From: a virus
Taxonomy: Duplodnaviria > Caudoviricetes
Reading direction: 5' to 3' (one strand)
IMG/VR virus record: IMGVR_UViG_3300044546_001769
Coordinates: 1 to 55,052 of that record
Length of the DNA: 55,052 bases
Part shown: one piece after another, positions 1-9,214 of the stretch
Layout of the letters: every line of letters starts with the position of its first letter
How positions within the stretch are numbered: position 1 is the stretch's first letter
Position numbers and translations under genes: made by a program
The notes under the pieces: model-generated
The model's input: only the letters and a program-made list of their open reading frames with translations
Told to the model about the DNA's origin: nothing
The model's database searches: none

Positions 1-2
1 CG

Positions 3-1211
3 CATGGACCACAGGGTGATGTTGGACCGCAGGGACCAACCGGCGAAACTGGAGTACAAGGTCCTGCAGGTCCACAAGGAGAAAAAGGTGATATAGGTCC
101 ACAAGGACTTCAGGGACCCGCAGGAGAAACAGGACCAACTGGACTTCAAGGTATTCAAGGCGAACAAGGTCCTCAAGGTATTCAAGGCGAACAAGGTCCA
201 GTAGGAGAAACTGGTGCCCAAGGACCTCAAGGTATTCAAGGTATCGAGGGTCCACGCGGATCTACTGGTGATGTTGGTCCGCAGGGTCCAGTAGGAGAAA
301 CTGGTGCTCAAGGACCTCAAGGACTTCAAGGTCCTGCTGGTGAACGGGGAGAACGTGGAGAAAAGGGAGAACGTGGAAATGACGGCGCCAATATTATATT
401 AAAAGGATTGGTTGCACTAATTGAAAATTTACCGCAGGACGCGAATCCAGGTGACGTGTATATTGTTCAAGAAAACAACGAAGGATATGTGTTAAATGAA
501 AACTCTCAATGGATTAATGTTGGTCCGTTAGTAGGGTCAAAAGGTGATGTTGGACCAGAAGGCGAACAGGGACCAGCCGGAGTAGATGGTTTACAAGGTC
601 CTGCAGGACCACAAGGTGTAATGGGTCCAACCGGTGAAACAGGTCCTGCTGGAGTAGAAGGTCCACAAGGACCACAGGGACCTGCCGGTGACATTGGACC
701 ACAGGGACCTGCCGGTGACATTGGACCACAGGGACCTGCCGGTGAAAAGGGTGAAAAGGGTGAAAAGGGTGATATTGGACCACAGGGACCTGCCGGCGAA
801 AAGGGTGAAAAGGGTGAAGCAGGACAACAAGGTATTCAAGGTATCGAGGGTCCACAAGGACTTCAAGGCGAACGTGGACCCGCTGGTATAGAAGGAGCCG
901 CCGGACCTCAGGGTATCCAAGGTGAACAAGGTCCAGCTGGTGATGTTGGACCAGCCGGTCCTCAAGGTATCCAAGGTGAAACTGGACCACAAGGAGAAAA
1001 AGGTGAACCTGGACCACAAGGTATCCAAGGCGAACAAGGACTAGCTGGAGAAACAGGACCAGCTGGTCCGCAAGGAGATGTTGGACCAGCTGGTCCTCAA
1101 GGATTGCAAGGAGAAAAAGGAGAACCTGGACCCGATACACAGACTGCGCTAAACGAAATACGTCAACAACTTGCTGATATTCAGGCGATTCTTAACACTA
1201 TTGTAGGTTAA
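3..1211 (+). CDS. Collagen-like (Gly-X-Y) tail fibre protein, 5' truncated by the window edge
   Basis: Frame is open from position 3 ([10 protein letters not shown]...). Long GXY runs are interrupted by a globular segment ([13 protein letters not shown]...WINVGPL), with a C-terminal coiled coil. The track start at 408 is internal. Confidence 0.9.
   Translation, partial: HGPQGDVGPQGPTGETGVQGPAGPQGEKGDIGPQGLQGPAGETGPTGLQGIQGEQGPQGIQGEQGPVGETGAQGPQGIQGIEGPRGSTGDVGPQGPVGETGAQGPQGLQGPAGERGERGEKGERGNDGANIILKGLVALIENLPQDANPGDVYIVQENNEGYVLNENSQWINVGPLVGSKGDVGPEGEQGPAGVDGLQGPAGPQGVMGPTGETGPAGVEGPQGPQGPAGDIGPQGPAGDIGPQGPAGEKGEKGEKGDIGPQGPAGEKGEKGEAGQQGIQGIEGPQGLQGERGPAGIEGAAGPQGIQGEQGPAGDVGPAGPQGIQGETGPQGEKGEPGPQGIQGEQGLAGETGPAGPQGDVGPAGPQGLQGEKGEPGPDTQTALNEIRQQLADIQAILNTIVG
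681..816 (+). repeat. DNA-level tandem duplications within the collagen gene
   Basis: 27-bp cctgccggtgacattggaccacaggga occurs twice in tandem (681-734), followed by 9-bp ggtgaaaag tandem units. Confidence 0.8.
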
Positions 1212-1215
1212 ATAT

Positions 1216-1377
1216 ATGACGATATTATACCAAAATCCACAAGAATTTTCTTTAAAACTTAAAGAATTGCTTGAAGGATTTAAAAAAATAAAAGATTCAA
1301 TGCAACAATCTGGTATCGATGTTACAAATAAAACACCATCGCAATATGCAGATTTAATTAGAAATTTTCAAAAATAA
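1216..1377 (+). CDS. Small tail-associated protein (53 aa), not in the ORF track
   Basis: MTILYQNPQEFSLKLKELLEGFKKIKDSMQQSGIDVTNKTPSQYADLIRNFQK fills the gap between two genes and resembles the C-terminus of 4497..4769. Confidence 0.7.
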   Translation: MTILYQNPQEFSLKLKELLEGFKKIKDSMQQSGIDVTNKTPSQYADLIRNFQK

Positions 1378-1386
1378 AGGTAAAAA

Positions 1387-2661
1387 ATGACCTCTGTAAA
1401 ATATTTCACCAATGTTATGGAAGGCGCACCCCAACTAACAAACTCTTGGGGTTGTATGGTAGACTTGTTAGATGCTTGTTTAGTCAATGGCTTTAACCAA
1501 CTCCCCGTTACTTCCATAACACGTACAGGATCTGTTGCAACTGTTACAATTGATGGTACGCACAAATATCAAGTCGGACAAGTCATATTAATAGATGGTG
1601 CAAATGAAACAGAATATAATGGTGAAGTAAGAGTAGTGTATACAACGACAAATACATTCACTTTTAATATTGCTGAATCCGCACCGAACGAGGCAACAGG
1701 TTTAATTTCTGCTAAAGTTGCTCCATTAGGATTTGAAAAGGTGTATGGTGAAACTCACAAAGGCGTGTACCGTAGCAAGAACGTGCTCAGTAACCGCCCA
1801 TATCTACGTGTAGATAACTCTTGCGCTCCTGCTTACAATACAACATATGCCAAAAAGGCTAAAGTTGGTTTGGCTCAAGGTATGAGTGATATCAATACTG
1901 TAATAGGTGCTCAAGCTCCATTTGATCCGTCTAATCCAGATAAAAACTGGTCAACGACTGGTGAAGGTGGTGATGTTGTAGATGGTTGGTATAAATGGTA
2001 CTATGCTAAATCTGCTTATATGTATCAATGGAGTGGTGATTTGGGTAATAACATACAAAACTATAACCGCCCATGGGTTTTGGTTGGCGATGACCGTGGA
2101 TTTTATTTGTTTAATGAATACGGCAGTGATGGAGGCGGCAATGGACGCGGTGGTTATTGCTTTACGGACTTTGAAAGTTATCGACAAGGCGATCCATTTA
2201 ATACAATGTTGGCTGCTTCTGATTTTTATACGACTGCAAATAGCGCAAGTTCTTGGGGTGATACTAACAACCAATTTAATCGCTCACTGGACTTTACTGG
2301 CAAGATTTTGATGCGTGACCACACATTACTTGGCGGAAATCAACGAGTTGGAATAACATCACTTAATACCAACAACGGGCAAACAATCAGCGGCAGGACT
2401 ACGGGAATCCCGTTTCCTAATCCGGTGGACTACTCCTTAATTCTGCATCCAACTTATTTGATGCAAGAAGGCAACAAGGGACTGCGCGGTAAGTTACCAG
2501 GTCTCATGTGGGTGCATAACGACAATCCATTACAAGATTTGACAATCGTAGAAAACGTTGTAGGATATGCAGGTCGCAAATTCATCATGGTCAAAATGAA
2601 CTATGATAGCACAGGCGCATCAGCAACAATGGCTGTGGATATTACTGGTCCTTGGTGGTAA
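1387..2661 (+). CDS. Tail fibre/tail-associated structural protein
   Basis: N-terminal GAPQLTNSWGCMVDLLDACLVNGF motif recalled from proteobacterial prophage tail cassettes; beta-rich; SD aagg. Confidence 0.7.
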   Translation: MTSVKYFTNVMEGAPQLTNSWGCMVDLLDACLVNGFNQLPVTSITRTGSVATVTIDGTHKYQVGQVILIDGANETEYNGEVRVVYTTTNTFTFNIAESAPNEATGLISAKVAPLGFEKVYGETHKGVYRSKNVLSNRPYLRVDNSCAPAYNTTYAKKAKVGLAQGMSDINTVIGAQAPFDPSNPDKNWSTTGEGGDVVDGWYKWYYAKSAYMYQWSGDLGNNIQNYNRPWVLVGDDRGFYLFNEYGSDGGGNGRGGYCFTDFESYRQGDPFNTMLAASDFYTTANSASSWGDTNNQFNRSLDFTGKILMRDHTLLGGNQRVGITSLNTNNGQTISGRTTGIPFPNPVDYSLILHPTYLMQEGNKGLRGKLPGLMWVHNDNPLQDLTIVENVVGYAGRKFIMVKMNYDSTGASATMAVDITGPWW

Positions 2662-2682
2662 AATTACACGGCGATATCTAAA

Positions 2683-4500
2683 ATGATTTTAACCAATGTA
2701 CAACCATCGCCAAAAGACCCGCGGGATTACAAATATCCAACGGCTACACCAGCAACAACTTCTTCGCTGCCATTTTCAGTTGATCTACGTGAATTTGCGG
2801 GTGATATAGAACAACAAGGACAAACTGGTTCGTGTGTCGCAAATGCTGCAGTAAGTGCATTGGAAATATTATTAACACGACAAGGTCAATTTGAAAACTT
2901 GTCGCGACTATTTCATTATTGGAATCTACGTCAAGGTTATCCTGATCTTGCTGGTGTAGACAGTGGTTCTTATCCACGTGATGCATTTAAACTTGCAAAT
3001 CAAATTGGTATCTGCGATGAAATAACATGGCCTTTTGATGAATCAAAAGTAAATGTACAACCATCACAAGCTGCATTTGATGATGCGTCATCAGTTAAGG
3101 CTTTTGGATATTATTCTATTGCAATGGGATGGACACAAGAACACAGGGCAACATCGCTTCTTACAATTAAACAAGCAGTATCAAGCGGTTATCCTGTTTT
3201 GATTGCTGCTCATATAAACGCAGAATTTCAACAGATTTATTCAACTAATCTTGAAGGAACTCAATCACAGTTTGTTAATGCACAATTTCCAATTGGAGCA
3301 CACGCTGTCTTGGTTGTAGGTTATGCTGGAAATTCATTATTGATTGAAAACTCATGGGGTACAAGCTGGGGATGCAACGGCTATGCATTAATACCAGGTC
3401 TTGCATTAATGTTGGATACATTTGAAGCTTGGGTATGTACTGGCGTAAACGGAAATCAAATACCAAAACTTGCCAGCGCAACTCCGCTTGGCAATCCCCC
3501 AAAGTGGTGGCAAGTTGCACCTAATTTAACACCAGTTGCAGCTTGGGATGCCAAACGTGTTAATGGAGCTCAACTAATTGACGGTGTAGGTAATAACAAC
3601 ATAACAGCAACAAGTGAATTGATTAAAACAGACTTCCTATTTTTAGGTGTTGCTGGAAACAGTGACCCAATGACGTTATCGACACCTGTACCAATTCCTA
3701 GTGTAGGCGTTGTTGCTGGATTCTGGAGTCCAAAACGGCGAAACGTTCTGTTGTCAAAAGAATATGGTAACACCAGCAGTTATGCATTACATCTTTCAAG
3801 TGACGGCAATGGTTGGTATTCTAATAATGAAAGTTCTTATGAATATTACGGTCAATATGGTGAACTTGGAGAGCGTTATTTTGTTGCAATGGTAACACGT
3901 GGAGACGACTCAATTTTGTACGTTGACGGAAATTTAGTTGGCAACCCAATTAGCAGTAGCAGAACAATGAGTCATGTCGGGCTAATTGGTTATGCAACAA
4001 ATGGCAACGAGTTCAACCTTGACTCGGATGAATTTCTCCATGCTGTGGGCATTTGGTCTGGAGCGGCAACTCAAGATGATATTAAAGTAATTGAAGCAGC
4101 AGCTCGACTTGAATTAAAAGGTGCTAACATGACAAGTCGGGGCTTTGCAGCCCGAACAGGTCGAATGGAGTTCCCCATTCCTCAGCACCTTCTGCTTACG
4201 CCCGCACAACCACGATTCGTAGGTTCAACACTTACACGCCGTGATTACCAATTTGGTGGAAACGGACGAATCACGGGTACTGTAAAAGAAAAGGGCACGA
4301 CTGACCAACCGATACAACGGCGGGTGCAGCTGTATGACGAAACCAGCAAGGTAATGACCCGCGAGGCGTGGAGCAACCCTGTTACGGGCGCTTACCTTTT
4401 CGAAAACATCGACCCGTTGCTGACCTACACCATTATAAGTTATGACTACACAGGCGCGTACAAGGCTGTTGTAGCAAATGGTATAAAAGCGACAATATGA
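2683..4500 (+). CDS. Chimeric protein: papain-like C1A cysteine peptidase + LamG/ConA-like domain + C-terminal tail-cassette domain
   Basis: QQGQTGSCVANA (catalytic Cys), GAHAVLVVGY (His), ENSWGTSWG (Asn); LamG-like ILYVDG; C-terminal GNGRITGTVKEKG...RRVQLYDE...GAYLFENID. Confidence 0.85.
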   Translation: MILTNVQPSPKDPRDYKYPTATPATTSSLPFSVDLREFAGDIEQQGQTGSCVANAAVSALEILLTRQGQFENLSRLFHYWNLRQGYPDLAGVDSGSYPRDAFKLANQIGICDEITWPFDESKVNVQPSQAAFDDASSVKAFGYYSIAMGWTQEHRATSLLTIKQAVSSGYPVLIAAHINAEFQQIYSTNLEGTQSQFVNAQFPIGAHAVLVVGYAGNSLLIENSWGTSWGCNGYALIPGLALMLDTFEAWVCTGVNGNQIPKLASATPLGNPPKWWQVAPNLTPVAAWDAKRVNGAQLIDGVGNNNITATSELIKTDFLFLGVAGNSDPMTLSTPVPIPSVGVVAGFWSPKRRNVLLSKEYGNTSSYALHLSSDGNGWYSNNESSYEYYGQYGELGERYFVAMVTRGDDSILYVDGNLVGNPISSSRTMSHVGLIGYATNGNEFNLDSDEFLHAVGIWSGAATQDDIKVIEAAARLELKGANMTSRGFAARTGRMEFPIPQHLLLTPAQPRFVGSTLTRRDYQFGGNGRITGTVKEKGTTDQPIQRRVQLYDETSKVMTREAWSNPVTGAYLFENIDPLLTYTIISYDYTGAYKAVVANGIKATI

Positions 4501-4769
4501 CAGATTTAATTTTTTCTTCTGTTCCAAATAGCAATCATTCACCGGTCGATATTGTATTTTCTTCTGGTGAAATGTTGCAGCCAGTTGACTGGAAATTGAC
4601 TTATAATACTATTATTGATTCAACAAATGAAATAAAAACGACGTTATATAATATTGAAACAATAAAAAATAATATCAAATCAGCAATCGAATCACGCGGC
4701 GGAAATTTGACTGGAATTGATTTTAAAAACTGGTCATTGGTAATTTCAACAATAGATTTTAGCAGTTAA
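4497..4769 (+). CDS. Small tail-associated protein
   Basis: ATGA overlap with upstream gene; KNNIKSAIESRGGNL motif seen in phage tail-fibre N-termini. Confidence 0.65.
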   Translation: MTDLIFSSVPNSNHSPVDIVFSSGEMLQPVDWKLTYNTIIDSTNEIKTTLYNIETIKNNIKSAIESRGGNLTGIDFKNWSLVISTIDFSS

Positions 4770-4776
4770 ACACAAT

Positions 4777-7700
4777 ATGGCAATAATAACACCAAACGAG
4801 CCAACCGCAAACGAGTACCAATTCACTATCGACGGACAGTCTCCAGATGTTATGACAGGTATTGGCACATTTAATGAAGTTGAAGGTACTTTCACTGGGA
4901 ACTTATGGAACAGCCTCCTCCACGTTGCCGCCGAGAGTGCTCCCGTGCAATGGTGCGGGTCTGACGCTTCTCAGGCGTGGAACTTCGCCAACGCCACCTT
5001 CTACAATGGTGCCCACTACTCCTACGTAGTGGGCGTAGAGAATATTCCCGTCACTCTTTACTCCACAGTTGTGCCTATACCGGAGCCTCCAGCATTAGTG
5101 GATAATCTTGTCTACGAAGAAATACGAGCAGGCGATGATATTAGTTTTGATCTAACACAAGACTCGCCAGTCAACCCTTACTATGACGCAACGTATGCTG
5201 CAGGGTTTGTTTTGGTTTGGAATCCCGCTACTGATGGTGATCTTGTTGAGATACGCTTGGTGAGCGAGACCAAAACATATGTGCATATAGTTGATAGTAA
5301 TGGAGAAGTTGATGATTTAAGTAATGGACCAGAAGGTAGTAATACTTTCACGATTATTAGATTCAACCCTGCAGATTATGCTGCGCCAGTAAAAATTGTT
5401 GCAAGTACATGGGATGACCGAGCAGTTGGTTCGTTCCAGTTAAATTTGACAGCACCTAACGCAGTAGTGATCACTGAGCCAGAAATATTACCAACCAATA
5501 ATAACAATTCATCTAGACAGTTTTTAGCATCTGGCGGATTTTTACAAAGAAATTTTCTCGGTAATACACAAGAAGAATCGCTGTTAAAATTAATAGATCA
5601 GTCACAAAAATGGTGTGAATGGAATAAGTTTCCACTTTATTTTGAACGTGACGATTTTTCTTTAGTTGGAAAAAACGATCAACTTCCTTATTCGAATCAG
5701 AAATTAAGAGATTTGCAGAGTACGTTGCTGCAAAATGACAGACTTGCTGTACTAAAATCAGGTTATTATTTTGAAAAAACTACTGAGCCATTTGTTATAG
5801 GAATTAGAACATGGCATGGATCATCTTCTGGCGATAATGGTGGAGGTGGTAATAACACAGGTTTTGTTTTCGACGAAGATTACGATGTACGTTTCACCGA
5901 AATGTATAAAGAAATGCAAATTGAAAACATTCCAAGTGAAATGTTTGTTGCTGCTCTGTGGCGTACAACTGAAAAAACTGTAATAGAAAGGCCAGGAATA
6001 GGGATTGCATGGATTGGAAAAAGCGATGATGACGCACAACGTCCAGGATTTGATTTAGAAAGTTATGGCGAAATACCAAACAGACAAGGCAGCGTTAGAG
6101 TAGTTAGAGCTGGCAGATCGGACATAGATCCAATTAGTCTTTTTGTTTCTCCAGAAGTATTATATGAAGATTCATTTAAGTTTTGTACTTGGCCCGTTAT
6201 TGAAATCACGTTTGGAGAAACTTGGAAATTTCCAATAAACAAACGACTTAGTCTTATAATACATAATGTTCCAGTTGGAGACAATATTGATTTGTTGACT
6301 ACAGATTTTACAACAGGAATTGTTCCAATTTTTGCGACAAACATGGATGGAGATTCTGGGTATTCTAGTCCACAACTTGAATTAACTAGAACAATAAGCG
6401 ATGATCTGTCAAGAATAGTGTTCTCGTCGTATATTCCATTTGGTGGTAGTGCAAACGCTGTATCAATATTTTTAATTTTAGAAAGAATTGATGTTAGATC
6501 GTCTGTTGACATAGTTAAGTATGTTCCTCCGCCTGGTCTTTCGATTGACGGTCTTATACCCATTGCAATAGGGTTTCTTCCTAGTGTTCTACAGTTTGAC
6601 TTTACTGGTGAGGAAAGTAATGAGTGGTCACCATACACAGGTCCGCTGTTTACTGATCCACCTCCGCATACTGAGGCTAAACGTATGGCATGGATGGATG
6701 CTGTTGATAATAATCCAGAAGGTGTATGGGTAAGTTGGATTTTATGGAGTTATTCAGGAACAGGGAATCCTCCTTACACACCGACAGTAGGTATCTATAC
6801 TGACGAAGCTAGAGAAAATCAGATTACCCATGCTGTTTATTCAGATGGAAAATTTTATACGCTGGTAGATGTTTCAACTTACACAATCCAAGGTGGTAAT
6901 ACAGGATCTGTAGGACTTATTAAGTCGTCAGGCATATGCGCTCCAATTGCAGATTTATCTGCGCACTGGAATAACGTTATATCACCAAATTGGAATGCAT
7001 ATCCAGTGTATTGCTATGGGGATATTTTTGTAATGTGGGATGGTGAGCGTCTAAATATTGATTCTGCAGACAGATGCTCAATAGTTTCTCCAGATGAAAC
7101 TGATCCGCCTCCGTCCGGCGTGAATACACTTACATTAAACGACCCAATATTAAATCTTGCAGAAGGAACAATTGGTGGTAATAACGTAATAGTTATAAAC
7201 CGAGTTCTTACTCCAAATTCTACAAACTCTGAACTTGTTATATGGGTCGTTGAAAACGAAGGTTTTGGTTGGATGAATTATGATTTTGAACTAAATGCAT
7301 ATTATGATCAAGAGATGACACGTCCAATAGATCAAAATGGGGATGGCGGTTGGTATTATAATGGCGGAAGTGAATTTTATTTGGTTTTGACCTTTACAGG
7401 AGGAGGAAATGCATTCCTTGCTAGAGTTGTAGACGATAGTTATTATGATCAAGCAGATCCTCAACAACCAGCTGATGAAAACCAAATACTTAGAGCTGGA
7501 TCAAATTTCAATTTTGATTTAACAACTGCATCTACGCTAAATCCATATCGCGAAGGCCGCTTCTCAAAAGAATTTGAACTAGTTTGGAATCCCGCGTCAG
7601 ATGGCGACATTGCACTAATTCGTCTGCTGAGTCCAACTGATGCATATTTGCAATTAGTGGATGCATCTGGTCAAATAGTAATGTCCGATGATGACAGTGA

Positions 7701-8184
7701 TGGAAGTGGTAATTCTCGATTGCAATTTTTTATTGCTTCATACGCTGCTCCGCTAAAAGTAGTTGCAACTACATATTCTGCGAATGCAACCGGCAATTTC
7801 AATATAGTTGTTGATGCTCCTAATAAAATAACAACGACTTATCACTGGTCTGTTGGAATTCCAGATTCAGATATACCAGTAAAGTCATTAGACAATGCTG
7901 TGTGTGAAGCTGCATTGATGCAATGGGTGTTTCGTACTCATGGCATCGGTGCACCAAATATTGACGGCGCGCCAAACCACCTTGACAGGGTTAGAAATAT
8001 AACACGTACACCCGATTCGCTAGTTTCATCATATACACTTCGTTTAGAAGTATGGACTGACCCTGCAGATCCAACATACGATTCTGTATATCAACGTCCT
8101 CAATATAATGGCTTTAATTATCAGTACCAACTTAGCTATTCGTTTAGCGTAAATCGTGTTGAAGGGATGATACCAGCAGTATGA
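4777..8184 (+). CDS. Large virion/tail-associated protein with two PPC-like domains
   Basis: 1135 aa ORF with an internal ~110-aa duplication (LVWNPAxDGD...YAAPxKxVA); DAYLQLVDASGQIVMSDDDSDGSGNSRL is PPC-like. Confidence 0.7.
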   Translation: MAIITPNEPTANEYQFTIDGQSPDVMTGIGTFNEVEGTFTGNLWNSLLHVAAESAPVQWCGSDASQAWNFANATFYNGAHYSYVVGVENIPVTLYSTVVPIPEPPALVDNLVYEEIRAGDDISFDLTQDSPVNPYYDATYAAGFVLVWNPATDGDLVEIRLVSETKTYVHIVDSNGEVDDLSNGPEGSNTFTIIRFNPADYAAPVKIVASTWDDRAVGSFQLNLTAPNAVVITEPEILPTNNNNSSRQFLASGGFLQRNFLGNTQEESLLKLIDQSQKWCEWNKFPLYFERDDFSLVGKNDQLPYSNQKLRDLQSTLLQNDRLAVLKSGYYFEKTTEPFVIGIRTWHGSSSGDNGGGGNNTGFVFDEDYDVRFTEMYKEMQIENIPSEMFVAALWRTTEKTVIERPGIGIAWIGKSDDDAQRPGFDLESYGEIPNRQGSVRVVRAGRSDIDPISLFVSPEVLYEDSFKFCTWPVIEITFGETWKFPINKRLSLIIHNVPVGDNIDLLTTDFTTGIVPIFATNMDGDSGYSSPQLELTRTISDDLSRIVFSSYIPFGGSANAVSIFLILERIDVRSSVDIVKYVPPPGLSIDGLIPIAIGFLPSVLQFDFTGEESNEWSPYTGPLFTDPPPHTEAKRMAWMDAVDNNPEGVWVSWILWSYSGTGNPPYTPTVGIYTDEARENQITHAVYSDGKFYTLVDVSTYTIQGGNTGSVGLIKSSGICAPIADLSAHWNNVISPNWNAYPVYCYGDIFVMWDGERLNIDSADRCSIVSPDETDPPPSGVNTLTLNDPILNLAEGTIGGNNVIVINRVLTPNSTNSELVIWVVENEGFGWMNYDFELNAYYDQEMTRPIDQNGDGGWYYNGGSEFYLVLTFTGGGNAFLARVVDDSYYDQADPQQPADENQILRAGSNFNFDLTTASTLNPYREGRFSKEFELVWNPASDGDIALIRLLSPTDAYLQLVDASGQIVMSDDDSDGSGNSRLQFFIASYAAPLKVVATTYSANATGNFNIVVDAPNKITTTYHWSVGIPDSDIPVKSLDNAVCEAALMQWVFRTHGIGAPNIDGAPNHLDRVRNITRTPDSLVSSYTLRLEVWTDPADPTYDSVYQRPQYNGFNYQYQLSYSFSVNRVEGMIPAV

Positions 8185-8206
8185 TTAGAATTAAAAAGGA
8201 GTCAAC

Positions 8207-9214
8207 ATGACTTATATGGTTGCAGCTATTCTCGATAATGACGCAAGCATCAATACAATAACTACACCAAGGGGAGAAATGGGAGCATTCATTGGTGAAG
8301 GGTTGTTAAATACTGGATCATTGTCAACGACTAATTTTGACAAAACGCAAACGTATAATCTTCAACCAGACGGCTATGCTGCAATACCGGTTGGCAGCAC
8401 TATCGATGATTTTTTTCAAATTTCTAGATCGTCTAATGTTGCAATTATAAACTCTGTGTCAATAGCGGTCAACCTTGAAACGTGCGTATCTTTACTGACT
8501 GGTTGGAGATTTGGTTTTGATAGTACTACAAACAGACAACGACAGGGAATGTTTGGAACTGTACGTGTAACTAATCAAACATCAACTACTAGTTATGACC
8601 TTGCAAGCGGTTGGGAATATCCAGCGTACAATTCTAACAGCTGGGATAGAATATTTTGTCCTATTAGTGTATTTTCTGGAAATGGAAAATTTTATATTTT
8701 TTATGTTGTACTTGGAAATACTACAGTAGTTCAAGATGCGTTTAGAAGACGCGTTTGGATAGGTTTAAAGGAGTCAGATGATGGTATCGATTGGCAGAAT
8801 GTCACTGAACAAGAAATAACTCAAGATCAAGTCATTTCTCCTTTTTTACACTTTGCGATCAGTGGGACTGAAAAGTTCGCGTTTCAGTCAACAAAAAGTT
8901 GGGTTGGAGACAAATACTTTATTGGTGATATAATTTTAGGTAAGTTGATATATTCAAACAACGGTCTTAGTGAATGGACAGATCATCCAATAGGTCGTTT
9001 TAACGGTCTACATTGGTATACTGAAAATGGAGCTCCCGTGTTATGCGCAGTTCGTATTGGCGATGACGGATGCTTTGGAACAAAAATTTGCGATGTCTAT
9101 GGCAATATGCTGCCAATTAGCTGGAAAAGATCTGCAACACCATGGGATTGGTCAATTAACAGGCTAGATGCCGGATATATAGCTCCTTCAAACAAACACG
9201 GCGGACTAAAATGA
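8207..9214 (+). CDS. Hypothetical structural protein (beta-rich, Asp-box-like SDDGIDW)
   Basis: SD aaggag; 335 aa ORF in tail module. Confidence 0.7.
   Translation: MTYMVAAILDNDASINTITTPRGEMGAFIGEGLLNTGSLSTTNFDKTQTYNLQPDGYAAIPVGSTIDDFFQISRSSNVAIINSVSIAVNLETCVSLLTGWRFGFDSTTNRQRQGMFGTVRVTNQTSTTSYDLASGWEYPAYNSNSWDRIFCPISVFSGNGKFYIFYVVLGNTTVVQDAFRRRVWIGLKESDDGIDWQNVTEQEITQDQVISPFLHFAISGTEKFAFQSTKSWVGDKYFIGDIILGKLIYSNNGLSEWTDHPIGRFNGLHWYTENGAPVLCAVRIGDDGCFGTKICDVYGNMLPISWKRSATPWDWSINRLDAGYIAPSNKHGGLK

Noticed and set aside
506-1140. Minus-strand and alternate-frame ORFs over the collagen gene
   Set aside because: Shadows of the stop-poor GXY repeat
1-1140. Repeats as a CRISPR array
   Set aside because: In-frame codon repeats with no constant repeat/unique spacer pattern; the same applies to 23758-23942
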